From: an uncultured virus (IMG/VR IMGVR_UViG_3300033074_001668) | Lineage: Duplodnaviria > Heunggongvirae > Uroviricota > Caudoviricetes | Virus record (IMG/VR): IMGVR_UViG_3300033074_001668 | DNA length: 64,000 nt | Reading direction: 5' to 3' (one strand) | In this document: positions 48,447 through 57,877 of the stretch, one piece after another | Layout: the number at the start of each line of letters is the position of its first letter | Numbering within the stretch: position 1 is the first letter of the stretch | Translations under genes and position numbers: made by a program | Notes under the pieces: generated by a model | Databases searched by the model: none | The model's input: only the letters and a program-made list of their open reading frames with translations | Told to the model about the DNA's origin: nothing

Positions 48447-49802
48447 TTAAAACTCAGATTTTAATAATTTTTCTAAATCAGTAATTTTGATCCCAGTACC
48501 ACAAGCATTTCTATGCCCACCACCACCAAGAGCTTTCGCTACAACAGAAACATCTGGTAGCTCATCCGTCGATCTAAAACCAAGAACTAATTCTGGTTCT
48601 TTGGCCATACCATCTTTAACTTCATGTACTACAAAATATTGTACACTTGGATAACCAAATTGAGTTAGCATATTACCAACTTCACTTACTAAATGTCCAT
48701 TATTTAAAACAAACATTTTAATTCCACCAACCTTAATTAATGGAATCTTATCTTTTGCCGCAGCATTTTTAATTTTATCGATATACATATTGTTAAATGT
48801 TACCGATAATCTTCCTACAAATTTACAAGCATCTAAAAGAGTTTGAACATTTGAGTTTACGATTTTTAAAGCTGATCCAAATTTTTCTTCTAGAACTAAA
48901 GTATCAATTGCATCAGAATCACCAAAGATAAAATTATACATAATATCTGGGTTCTTTAAAAGTTTTAACTCCTGAGCAATAATCTTTAGACCAGCATTTA
49001 TATCTTTTGAATCCAATAATTCAAATTTCCATAAATCATAATCTGCAGCATATTTTTGTAAGAAGTTTAATTTTAAAATACCAAGAGTTACATTATAACC
49101 ATCTTTTTGAGATTCAATAAATTGCTCATAAGCTATAGTGCATCCAGATTTTGTCATATCAAAATAGTATTTAACATAATCAAAAATTGGTTGTAAAATT
49201 GTCATTTCAAAATTGACATCTATTGGATCTTGTTCTTCGAATTGAAGATAAACTTCAAATTCTTCTGGTTGAACACAAAAGAAAAATCTACTGAATCTAT
49301 TACCTAGTATTCCAGTATTTCTTGGATCGATATAATCAACATAAGGAATATCAAAAGTTCTTCCTTGTGCTTGGACTTTGATCGTTATCAAATTTGGATC
49401 AATATCATACGTTGTAGCATTGATTTTTAAATGGTATTGATCTAAAGAAATATTTTCGATAAAATCCATTGCTGTTTTATGGTGATCATAAATATGAATC
49501 TCTTCCAAACCTTTTTCTTTCAACTCAATAAATTCAAGTTCTCTTGGCATACAAAAGTCTACTAAGATTACTAATTTCTTTCCAATTAACCCATCTAATC
49601 CAGTTGTTCTATCTTTATGATATTGCATCTTTTGATAAGTTATTTTAGATTCTTCTTCACCCATAATTTCTTTAATTTTATGTTTAACTGCCACAGCTGC
49701 CAACATACCATCCATATCATCATGATATCCTATTACGATATCTTCTGGTGGATAAAAAGAAATTTTTTCTAACGTTTGTATCCCGGTAATGTTTCTTTTC
49801 AT
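48447..49802 (-). CDS. DHH/DHHA1 phosphoesterase
   Basis: YHDDMDG, LVDF, YDHHKT, DYDLWKF, GGGGHRNACG; large internal insertion. Confidence 0.85.
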   Translation of the reverse strand: MKRNITGIQTLEKISFYPPEDIVIGYHDDMDGMLAAVAVKHKIKEIMGEEESKITYQKMQYHKDRTTGLDGLIGKKLVILVDFCMPRELEFIELKEKGLEEIHIYDHHKTAMDFIENISLDQYHLKINATTYDIDPNLITIKVQAQGRTFDIPYVDYIDPRNTGILGNRFSRFFFCVQPEEFEVYLQFEEQDPIDVNFEMTILQPIFDYVKYYFDMTKSGCTIAYEQFIESQKDGYNVTLGILKLNFLQKYAADYDLWKFELLDSKDINAGLKIIAQELKLLKNPDIMYNFIFGDSDAIDTLVLEEKFGSALKIVNSNVQTLLDACKFVGRLSVTFNNMYIDKIKNAAAKDKIPLIKVGGIKMFVLNNGHLVSEVGNMLTQFGYPSVQYFVVHEVKDGMAKEPELVLGFRSTDELPDVSVVAKALGGGGHRNACGTGIKITDLEKLLKSEF

Positions 49803-49877
49803 TTACCCTCTTTTATAATTTATTTTTTATAAATAAAACCAATAATTATGTATTACTTTTATTTATCTAATTATATA

Positions 49878-49924
49878 ATATCTATGTTACTTTGTTATTA
49901 TTATAATTGTTTTAACATAGATAT
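49878..49924. promoter_or_regulatory. back-to-back pair of motif copies (TAACATAGATAT on both strands)
   Basis: Minus copy 49878-49889, plus copy 49913-49924. Confidence 0.55.
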
Positions 49925-49945
49925 ATATACTATAACTCCACCAAA

Positions 49946-50629
49946 CTATTTAATAAATATATTTGCATATACTAAATTATCATCTACCATTTCTTTGATA
50001 ATAGATTCCAAATTTTCTCTTGGACAGTGATTTAATATACTTAACATTATCTTGTTTTCCAGGATAGTTTTGTTGGAAATATTTAATGATGCAGATTGAA
50101 GATTACTTAGTTTTTTAACTTGTTCTTTTTGCTGTAAATCGCCTTTTATTGTTTCTAATGTTTTAATTACATTATTAACCTTATCGATCTCAAGTAAAAT
50201 GTATTTATTTAGTAATGGTCTAATACCAGAAATAAATTCATTCATGCTTATATTTGGATTATTCTTCCAAGCTTCATCTGAAGCCTTAATAAGATAATTA
50301 AATGGAATATATTCAAATAAAAATTCTATAGCTAATGTTTCAAAACGAGAAAGTTGGTTTTTTAATAAATTATTTAATTTATCTGATTCATCTGCTCCAT
50401 AATCAATACTAAAAGTATAAGATAATTCGTCTAAATCAATATTTAGTCTATGAGCAACATAACCAAATAATTTAGCTTTAAAATTCGCATTTTTGCATGT
50501 ATCATATAATGTTGATAATGTAAAACTTGAATATTTAAATTGTTTTGCTAAATCATATAATTCTTCTTCAAAAGGGAGAATTACTGTTTCGGTATTACTA
50601 AAATCTTCAAAGTCGGTAGGTAATTGCAT
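49946..50629 (-). CDS. hypothetical protein
   Basis: 227-aa ORF with AAGGA RBS. Confidence 0.65.
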   Translation of the reverse strand: MQLPTDFEDFSNTETVILPFEEELYDLAKQFKYSSFTLSTLYDTCKNANFKAKLFGYVAHRLNIDLDELSYTFSIDYGADESDKLNNLLKNQLSRFETLAIEFLFEYIPFNYLIKASDEAWKNNPNISMNEFISGIRPLLNKYILLEIDKVNNVIKTLETIKGDLQQKEQVKKLSNLQSASLNISNKTILENKIMLSILNHCPRENLESIIKEMVDDNLVYANIFIK

Positions 50630-50657
50630 TTTCGATCCTTTGTTTAATATAATGATA

Positions 50658-50739
50658 ATATCTATATTAAACTTAAAATCTCCTAATAGCTAAAAATAAA
50701 ATATCCAAATAGATATCAATATTACTTTAATATAGATAT
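50658..50739. promoter_or_regulatory. divergent promoter region with a motif copy on each strand
   Basis: TAATATAGATAT minus at 50658-50669 and plus at 50728-50739, at the strand switch. Confidence 0.6.
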
Positions 50740-50777
50740 TATTATTATAAAAATATAAAAAATTCTAAGGTGTTTCA

Positions 50778-52070
50778 ATGAAAATTTCTTCGCATCAATT
50801 GGGAAATAATGTTCCAACAATGCTATCAATTACCGATACATGCTCGGATGGTAGTATATGTAAAAATCCAGAATTGGTAATGCAAAAACCTCAGATGGTA
50901 TCAATACATAATCCAGAAAAAAAGTGGCTACTTGTTTCAAGTGAAGTAGGTTACTTTAATAAAATTACTCAATTTATTTGTGGGGAAGTTTCATCATTAT
51001 TATTTCTAAATGTAAATGGTGAATTGGAATATCCTTCAATAAGTGAAGTAAAACAAAATCCACAAAAATATTTTATGTTATATCCTCTTCCATTCTCAAT
51101 GTTTGAAGATGCAGAGAATACTGAAATTATTTTAAATTGGGAAAGCAAAAAATTTAATCGAACTTGGAATGATTCGGAAAAAATTACTTTGGATTTCAAT
51201 CTTGGATTTGAAACTGGAAAAGCATTTTTTAATTATACCAATAATAAAAATCTTTCAAAATTCCACGAATCAATTAATGGTTCTGATAATTTGGATTATT
51301 TTTGGCCACATAAAAATATTATTTTAAATTCAAATATAGAATTTCTATTTGGAATTTTATTTGGATATTTTAATGAGTCTTCTGATAAATTTGCTCAAGA
51401 TAGTATTTCAATTAAAGAGAAATTATATATTGGTGAAGGACATAATACTTATATCTTTTCAACTATATTAAACTGGTTAGGTGCATCTTATAGTTTTCAA
51501 AATGTTCCAAAAGTTGATAGTTTATATGAAGATATAGATATTAAATCATCAATGAAAATGTTTATTACTTTGCCACATTCTTTACTTGGGGTATTTAATA
51601 AAATTTGTAAACTCAATCCAGAAATTTCTGAATTTAGAAAAATATTCAAATCACACGAATGGTATTTAACTGGAAAAAATAAAATTAGAAAGTTACCAAT
51701 TGGAACAAAAGAAAAATCGAAGTCAAACTATAATACTTTAGTTGATTCTGGTAAAATAAGAATTGTTCCAATGTCATGTTTTAAATTTATTGATGTTTCT
51801 GAAAAAGAAAAGAATTTAGAAATGTATGATTTTACTATGCCAAGAGCAGATGCTACAAATTATGCAATAGGATTCACTCCTATATTAAAAAATTCTGATG
51901 GGGATATCCTAACGATGTCAGCTATCTATGGACGTGAAGCAATTGAGGATGCTAAGGCTTTTGAACCAACTCATAAAGAATGGTTTAGAAATTTAAATAA
52001 TGGTGAGATAAATAACTATATTGCCGATGACGCAATACTGGGTCTCTATGCTGCAACAAAATTTTTATGA
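50778..52070 (+). CDS. split-intein C-half (372 aa, degenerate LAGLIDADG) fused to RNAP-2 beta' catalytic fragment (58 aa)
   Basis: Block F/G MYDFTMPRADATNYAIGFTPILKN|S; extein SDGDILTMSAIYGREAIEDAKAF…NGE…DDAILGLYAAT aligns to RpoC FDGDQMAVH…EAQLEARAL…NGE…QDVVLGLYYMT. Confidence 0.82.
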   Translation: MKISSHQLGNNVPTMLSITDTCSDGSICKNPELVMQKPQMVSIHNPEKKWLLVSSEVGYFNKITQFICGEVSSLLFLNVNGELEYPSISEVKQNPQKYFMLYPLPFSMFEDAENTEIILNWESKKFNRTWNDSEKITLDFNLGFETGKAFFNYTNNKNLSKFHESINGSDNLDYFWPHKNIILNSNIEFLFGILFGYFNESSDKFAQDSISIKEKLYIGEGHNTYIFSTILNWLGASYSFQNVPKVDSLYEDIDIKSSMKMFITLPHSLLGVFNKICKLNPEISEFRKIFKSHEWYLTGKNKIRKLPIGTKEKSKSNYNTLVDSGKIRIVPMSCFKFIDVSEKEKNLEMYDFTMPRADATNYAIGFTPILKNSDGDILTMSAIYGREAIEDAKAFEPTHKEWFRNLNNGEINNYIADDAILGLYAATKFL

Positions 52071-52154
52071 TAGATATAAATAAAATTAATTTTATTAAAA
52101 TAATGATTTTTAATAAATGATTAATACAAATAATTACACTTTTGGGGAAAATAT

Positions 52155-55100
52155 ATGAACGAATTTAGTAACGAAAAATTAGATTTAATAACGGATCAGG
52201 CTTTTAATGGTTTTCATGAGGGAACAATAAAACAACATTGGGATAATATAATTGGTTTCGACCAATTACAACCAGATGAGACAGTTAGATTAGTTGTTAT
52301 GCCATCTCCTACAAGTAACTTGGCAAAATCATTTTCGTCTGGAACTGGGATGATTACGGATAAAGAACAAATCCGATCAGCTAAAGATTTAATCGAAAGA
52401 ATGACTATGTTACAAGGAACTGAGGTTCCTGGAGCAATTGGATATGCATTATCTGCAGGAGTTTATACTTATGTAAAAGATAAAGCTCCAGGTTATTCTT
52501 CTTTAAAATATATTCAAAATATGATTATCGACGTCGATGCCCATATAAATGAAGTTACTAAAGATAGATTTAATTTAACTATAGTTAAACCAGATAGTTT
52601 AAGATACGCTGCTGTATCAATGTTAAATTATATAAATACATTATTAGAATCAAATGGTCTACCTTTTATTACTCCAGTATATACTGCAATGACTGGTGGG
52701 GGATATCAATTTGGTGTAAGATTTGATAAAGCATTAGATAGAGAAAGTGGTAAAAAAGTATTTGAAGCATTTGGATCTGTATTAGGATTCACACATTTAA
52801 ATAATAGTGAAAAAATGCAACAAGAGCAAGATATTAATAATAAAGCTTTAGAAAATAATGCTTTAGTTTTAGAAAATTCTTCTGCTCTTGGGAATGGTTC
52901 AAATGAATTTAATTCTACGATTAGAGAAATGCCAGGAACTGATGTAAATAAAGATGCCGATAAAAATGGTTTCCAACACATCAAAAAGAAAAAAGGTATG
53001 ACAATTAATGTTAAATCTTTTACTGGTGAATGGTTTGCTCCTTTCTTCGAATTAGATAATTCTTTTAAAGACGTTACACATGCCCAAAGGGTTCCAGGTA
53101 CTATCAATCAAAAATATTCTGCATTTGCTTATATTGATGATTTAGTTTCTCCAGAAGGGTATCCAGAAGTTATAGAACAATTATGTCAAGAAGCATACCG
53201 AGATTTATCTATCATAAATGAAAAAGATAGAACAAATTTAGTAAATTCTTATAGAAAAAGTTATACAAATATTCATGATCAATTATATAAAACTAATCCA
53301 AAAGGCGATTATACAAGACAACCAACTGAACAAATTAAAGCGTTAAGTGGAATTGTACAATTTGCTAACTCTTCGGAAAGAGGTTTAATTGGTGATTATA
53401 TTTCTTTAACTGAAGTAGAAAAACAAATTTTATCTGAACTTTCAAGTAGAGAAATTCTTAGAGAAGTACTTGGTGATTTAGGAATCGAAATCGTAAAAGA
53501 TTCAAGTTCTTATATTGCATGTAGATCTCCTTTTAGAACAGATAGTAAACCATCATTAGCTGTTTATGTTAATGGTAATAGGGCGGTAATTAAAGACTTT
53601 ACTGAAGATATTACTTATAACATTATTACATTATGGATGAAAGTTAATACTTGTAACAAATCTGATGCAATTGAACAAATGGCATTAAAATATAGTATTA
53701 AAATTGACAAAACTGATAAAAAAGAATTTTCTAAATTACAAACAAATGAAACGGTTATAGATTTAATTAAAAGAGTTAATACAGTTGATTTTGTTTATTA
53801 TAGATTAGCAAATGCATCTAAAAATTGTACAATTAAATCTGTTAAAACTGGAAATTCAAAAACGTTTGATGGATATAAAATGTTGGCTAGCCACGTTTTA
53901 AGATTCCAATTAAAAATTAAAAATCCAGATGAAGAAATGAGAAAAGCATTCGAAGAAGCATTTTTGCAATATGTTATTATTGATGCATTCGAAGACTTTC
54001 TTCCAGGTGGAGATAGAGTATTTGAAGATGATTTTATCCAATATGTTAATATTTGGACAGCATCTGATAGTTATAAAAAATGTTGGGAAGAAGCAGAATC
54101 ATTACAACCAATGAATATGGATGAGGCATTAAACTTAATTAAAGATGTTTGCCCTACTACATATATATTCTTATTGCAAATTACTCAAAAGGGTGATTTA
54201 AAATATTTCTTAAATTGGTTAAATGCTTTATCTAAATTCCAATATCTTCCAATTGTTCCAATCTTCCCTTCTATCGAAGGAGCAGGTAAAAACTTATTTG
54301 CAAACGAAGTATTAGCTCCGTACTTAAATAAATGTTATATTACTGTAGCTAATGGTCAAGCAATGCAATCAAACTTTAACTCATTTATGGGATATTCAAA
54401 CTTAATTATTGCCGATGAGGGAGATTTTACTGGTTCTCGTGAATTTGACCAATTAAAATTATTAACTGGTAATGATACGGTTAGGGTTGAGAAAAAAGGT
54501 GTTGATGCACAAACAATGGCTAGAAGATTTAATGTATGTATGTTTACGAATGGTACTGAACCAGTTAGACACTCTATTACAGATAGAAGATGTGTATACA
54601 ATAAATTAGAACATACATTAGAAGCAACTTTAACTAAATTAGGCTTTAAATCTATTGATGAATTTAAAGATAAGATAGCAGAAGAAATTCATAAGTTTTG
54701 GGGAATTATAATTAAAACAAAACTTCATAAACCGTGGATAAATCATAATATTAAAAATGGTCAATACCATTACCAAATTTTAATGATGCATCCATTTGGA
54801 AAATTAATTTTAAAAATTATTGAAAATAAATGGGACGAAATTTCATTACAATTAAATGAAAAGCAAAAAGAACTTCAAGATGAAAAAACAAATATGATGT
54901 TGTTACAAAATATTGAAAATGCTTTCTTTAATGGCGAAGCACTTCCATTAATTACAATTAATAAATATTTAGATGCAATGTCTTGGAAATCAAGTACAAG
55001 TATTCAAGAGTTTATTAATAGAAATAAACTACAAAATCATGGAATCGAAATTATAGTAGATCATGATAGTATTAAAATTAAATTAGATGCTGTTAAGTTA

Positions 55101-55367
55101 CAAGAGTTTATTTTCCAAGAAAATAATCTTTCTGAACTTATTCCAGAATTTGCAGTTGAAAAAATTAAAACATTAGATGAATTAAAAGCTGAAATGGAAA
55201 AGAAAAGAAATAAGAAAACTCAAACTGGTATTAAAGTAGTAAATAAATATGCAAATGTTCATAATACTACAACTGAACCATTTACTGGTCCAGGTTCTGA
55301 ATCATTTGGTTCTGCACCTAAGTTTGATCCTTCTACAATGCCTACTCTTCCAGGTGGAATAAAATAA
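52155..55367 (+). CDS. primase-helicase (AEP/RepB-like primase, Zn-finger-like domain, SF3/D5-like helicase)
   Basis: IIDVDAH, TGGGYQF, RVPGTINQK; CRSPFRTDSKPSL; Walker A EGAGKN, Walker B IIADE, MFTN. Confidence 0.8.
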   Translation: MNEFSNEKLDLITDQAFNGFHEGTIKQHWDNIIGFDQLQPDETVRLVVMPSPTSNLAKSFSSGTGMITDKEQIRSAKDLIERMTMLQGTEVPGAIGYALSAGVYTYVKDKAPGYSSLKYIQNMIIDVDAHINEVTKDRFNLTIVKPDSLRYAAVSMLNYINTLLESNGLPFITPVYTAMTGGGYQFGVRFDKALDRESGKKVFEAFGSVLGFTHLNNSEKMQQEQDINNKALENNALVLENSSALGNGSNEFNSTIREMPGTDVNKDADKNGFQHIKKKKGMTINVKSFTGEWFAPFFELDNSFKDVTHAQRVPGTINQKYSAFAYIDDLVSPEGYPEVIEQLCQEAYRDLSIINEKDRTNLVNSYRKSYTNIHDQLYKTNPKGDYTRQPTEQIKALSGIVQFANSSERGLIGDYISLTEVEKQILSELSSREILREVLGDLGIEIVKDSSSYIACRSPFRTDSKPSLAVYVNGNRAVIKDFTEDITYNIITLWMKVNTCNKSDAIEQMALKYSIKIDKTDKKEFSKLQTNETVIDLIKRVNTVDFVYYRLANASKNCTIKSVKTGNSKTFDGYKMLASHVLRFQLKIKNPDEEMRKAFEEAFLQYVIIDAFEDFLPGGDRVFEDDFIQYVNIWTASDSYKKCWEEAESLQPMNMDEALNLIKDVCPTTYIFLLQITQKGDLKYFLNWLNALSKFQYLPIVPIFPSIEGAGKNLFANEVLAPYLNKCYITVANGQAMQSNFNSFMGYSNLIIADEGDFTGSREFDQLKLLTGNDTVRVEKKGVDAQTMARRFNVCMFTNGTEPVRHSITDRRCVYNKLEHTLEATLTKLGFKSIDEFKDKIAEEIHKFWGIIIKTKLHKPWINHNIKNGQYHYQILMMHPFGKLILKIIENKWDEISLQLNEKQKELQDEKTNMMLLQNIENAFFNGEALPLITINKYLDAMSWKSSTSIQEFINRNKLQNHGIEIIVDHDSIKIKLDAVKLQEFIFQENNLSELIPEFAVEKIKTLDELKAEMEKKRNKKTQTGIKVVNKYANVHNTTTEPFTGPGSESFGSAPKFDPSTMPTLPGGIK

Positions 55368-55376
55368 GGAAAGAAA

Positions 55377-56699
55377 GTGAAAAATACTGTAATATTAGAA
55401 ATGACGGAGTTGGTAGATAACTCCGATTTTAAAGGTTTACCAAGAGTAACTAATCCCCAAACATTTGGACAGAATAATATTCCAACTCCAGATGGTTTGT
55501 ACTCGGAAATTATTTTTGGTAGAAACCTAAAAGATCAAAGTTCAAAATTTGCATATATTGAATTAGGAACATTAATTCTTAGTCCAGACGTTTATAATAA
55601 TATTAATAGATTAGATCCATTATTTAAAAAGATTATTGATCCAAAAATGGAAACAAAAGCTATTTTACAAAATGGAATTTTAATTGAATCTGATAGTGGG
55701 AAACGTGGTGCTGGATGGTTACATTCAATATGGGATCAAATTGATTTTGATAAATACCAAAAACCTGGTTTAAAAGATAATTCATATCAATTTAAAGAAC
55801 TTAAAAAAGAGCAATTGTTCTTAACGAAGTGGATTGTAATTCCTCCATTATTTAGACCATATATGGAAGAACGAGGGGTAATGAAAGAAGATCATATTAC
55901 TGGTCTTTATAAAGAGATTTTGAGATTATCTACAACACAAAAAGGTCAAAATCCCTATCTTGATAAATTACTTGATAATAATTCTAAGTCGGAATTAATT
56001 CAATCAAAAATTATTGAATTACATGATCATATAATTAGTTTAATTGATAAATCTACTGGAGCTCAGGAACAAAAATTAGTTGGTAAAAGACAAAATAATG
56101 TTGCAAGACTTGTTGCAAATGCATCTCCAAGAATTCCATTAAGTGGGGTTGGTTTACCGTGGCATTATTTATTAGGATTATTTGATAAACATGTTATTGC
56201 AGAAATTCAAAATTCTAAACAAAAAGAAGAAATTTTTAAAATTTTAGAATTACCAATGAATACTACTCCAGAAGAATTTGGTCAATATTTTGATTACGTT
56301 GCTAGAAATGCAGATGTTTATACTGAGAGTCCTGGTGGAGATAAAAAGAAACAATTATTTATTGATTTACTTATGGATATATTTGAAAAAAATCCATCAT
56401 TAAAAGTAATGCTTAAACGGGATCCAGCGTGGGATAAGTTTTCTTATCATTCATTAAATCCAATTATCATTACAACTAATGCTTATCACGTAGTAACTAA
56501 CTCTATGATTTATAAACCAATTGGTGGAGATAGTTTTACTACAAAAGTTTGTGGGATGATTCAACCAATTAGAAATTCTATTTTAATTTCTAAAGAAGTT
56601 CCAAAAAGTAAAACAAAATATCAGATTAAATTAATTGATAAAAATAAAGCGATTACTATGAAATCAATGCAACATTATATGGAAAAATTAATTAAATAA
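55377..56699 (+). CDS. RNAP-2 beta' N-terminal part (385 aa) fused to split-intein N-half (55 aa)
   Basis: PDGLYSEIIFG, VIPPLFRP, LVGKRQNNVARLV, MLKRDPAW, ending YKPIGGD at the catalytic loop, then non-RNAP SFTTKV…. Confidence 0.85.
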   Translation: MKNTVILEMTELVDNSDFKGLPRVTNPQTFGQNNIPTPDGLYSEIIFGRNLKDQSSKFAYIELGTLILSPDVYNNINRLDPLFKKIIDPKMETKAILQNGILIESDSGKRGAGWLHSIWDQIDFDKYQKPGLKDNSYQFKELKKEQLFLTKWIVIPPLFRPYMEERGVMKEDHITGLYKEILRLSTTQKGQNPYLDKLLDNNSKSELIQSKIIELHDHIISLIDKSTGAQEQKLVGKRQNNVARLVANASPRIPLSGVGLPWHYLLGLFDKHVIAEIQNSKQKEEIFKILELPMNTTPEEFGQYFDYVARNADVYTESPGGDKKKQLFIDLLMDIFEKNPSLKVMLKRDPAWDKFSYHSLNPIIITTNAYHVVTNSMIYKPIGGDSFTTKVCGMIQPIRNSILISKEVPKSKTKYQIKLIDKNKAITMKSMQHYMEKLIK

Positions 56700-56707
56700 G
56701 GACAACA

Positions 56708-57865
56708 ATGATAGAAAGACATCAGGTTGATAATGGTAATTTTCTAATACCATCTGGAGCTCAGTATCCAGAATGGGCAATTGATAGAATAAATAAATTC
56801 CAGGAGACAATTTATTCTATCTCAAATGCTCATAGAGAACCAAATGAACAAGCTTTAAAATCATTTACCGCTGCCTTAGAAACATATATAATTCCTGCAG
56901 GGGTTAAAATAACGAAAGCTTTAACTAAACCAGAAATAAATAAATTAATCCAATCGTATGCAAAAGTTCTTAATGATGAAGAATTTCCAGTATATATTTG
57001 GTTATTAATGAATGCTGGCTTTTATTTATCAACAATTCTTCCAACTTGTATAGATGAAGATTCTTTAACTGTTCCGGAAGTAATAAAAGAACGAAGATTG
57101 AAATCTATTGAGGATTTTAAAAAGACTGGGAATAAACAAGCTTATTTAAAAGAGATTCAAGAAATATCAAAAGAAGTTTTAGTTTATATGACATCTATCG
57201 ATAATGCTTTTGGGGATTTTATTAATTCTAAAGCAAACGGATCTTTGGACCACATTCAAGAACTATTAGTTGGTATTGGATTAGCATTTAATACTAAGGG
57301 TGAGATAATTGATACAATTACTAATTGTTTAGTTGATGGTGTTACACAAACGGATTATTTTAGTAAAGGTTCTACTGGAATTGGTGCATTATTTGCTAAA
57401 TCAAGTGAAACTGCGAAACCTGGTTATTTAGGTAAAAAATTATCAAATATGTGTGAAAAAGTTAAACTATCAAATGATAGAGACTGTGGAACAAAAAGAT
57501 TGTTAAAAATAAATACTAAAAATAAAGATTTTTTAGAATCATTTATTGGTCAATTATATAGTCCAAAAAATACTCCAACTGATTTAAAAGAATTTAGTAA
57601 AGAAGATATTAGTTCTTTTATTTCTAAAGATATTTATTTTAGAGCTCCACCTTATTGTAAATCTCCTGGACATAACATTTGTTTTAATTGTTATAATCAA
57701 GAGTTTATAAGAAACCATAATTTAAAAGCTGGAGATAATATTGGTTTATACGCAAGTACTGGTTTAACTGGAAGCCTTGTATCATTAACCCTTAAAAAAT
57801 CTCACGTTGGTATTAACTTAAAAACCGAAAAGGTAAATTTTCTTAAAGATTTAGGAATAGAATAA
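56708..57865 (+). CDS. RNAP-2 beta' C-terminal part
   Basis: SKANGS, bridge helix SETAKPGYLGKKL, DCGT, FRAPPYC…ICFNCY, GDNIGLYAS…LTLKKSH. Confidence 0.88.
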   Translation: MIERHQVDNGNFLIPSGAQYPEWAIDRINKFQETIYSISNAHREPNEQALKSFTAALETYIIPAGVKITKALTKPEINKLIQSYAKVLNDEEFPVYIWLLMNAGFYLSTILPTCIDEDSLTVPEVIKERRLKSIEDFKKTGNKQAYLKEIQEISKEVLVYMTSIDNAFGDFINSKANGSLDHIQELLVGIGLAFNTKGEIIDTITNCLVDGVTQTDYFSKGSTGIGALFAKSSETAKPGYLGKKLSNMCEKVKLSNDRDCGTKRLLKINTKNKDFLESFIGQLYSPKNTPTDLKEFSKEDISSFISKDIYFRAPPYCKSPGHNICFNCYNQEFIRNHNLKAGDNIGLYASTGLTGSLVSLTLKKSHVGINLKTEKVNFLKDLGIE

Positions 57866-57877
57866 GGATTTTTAAAT

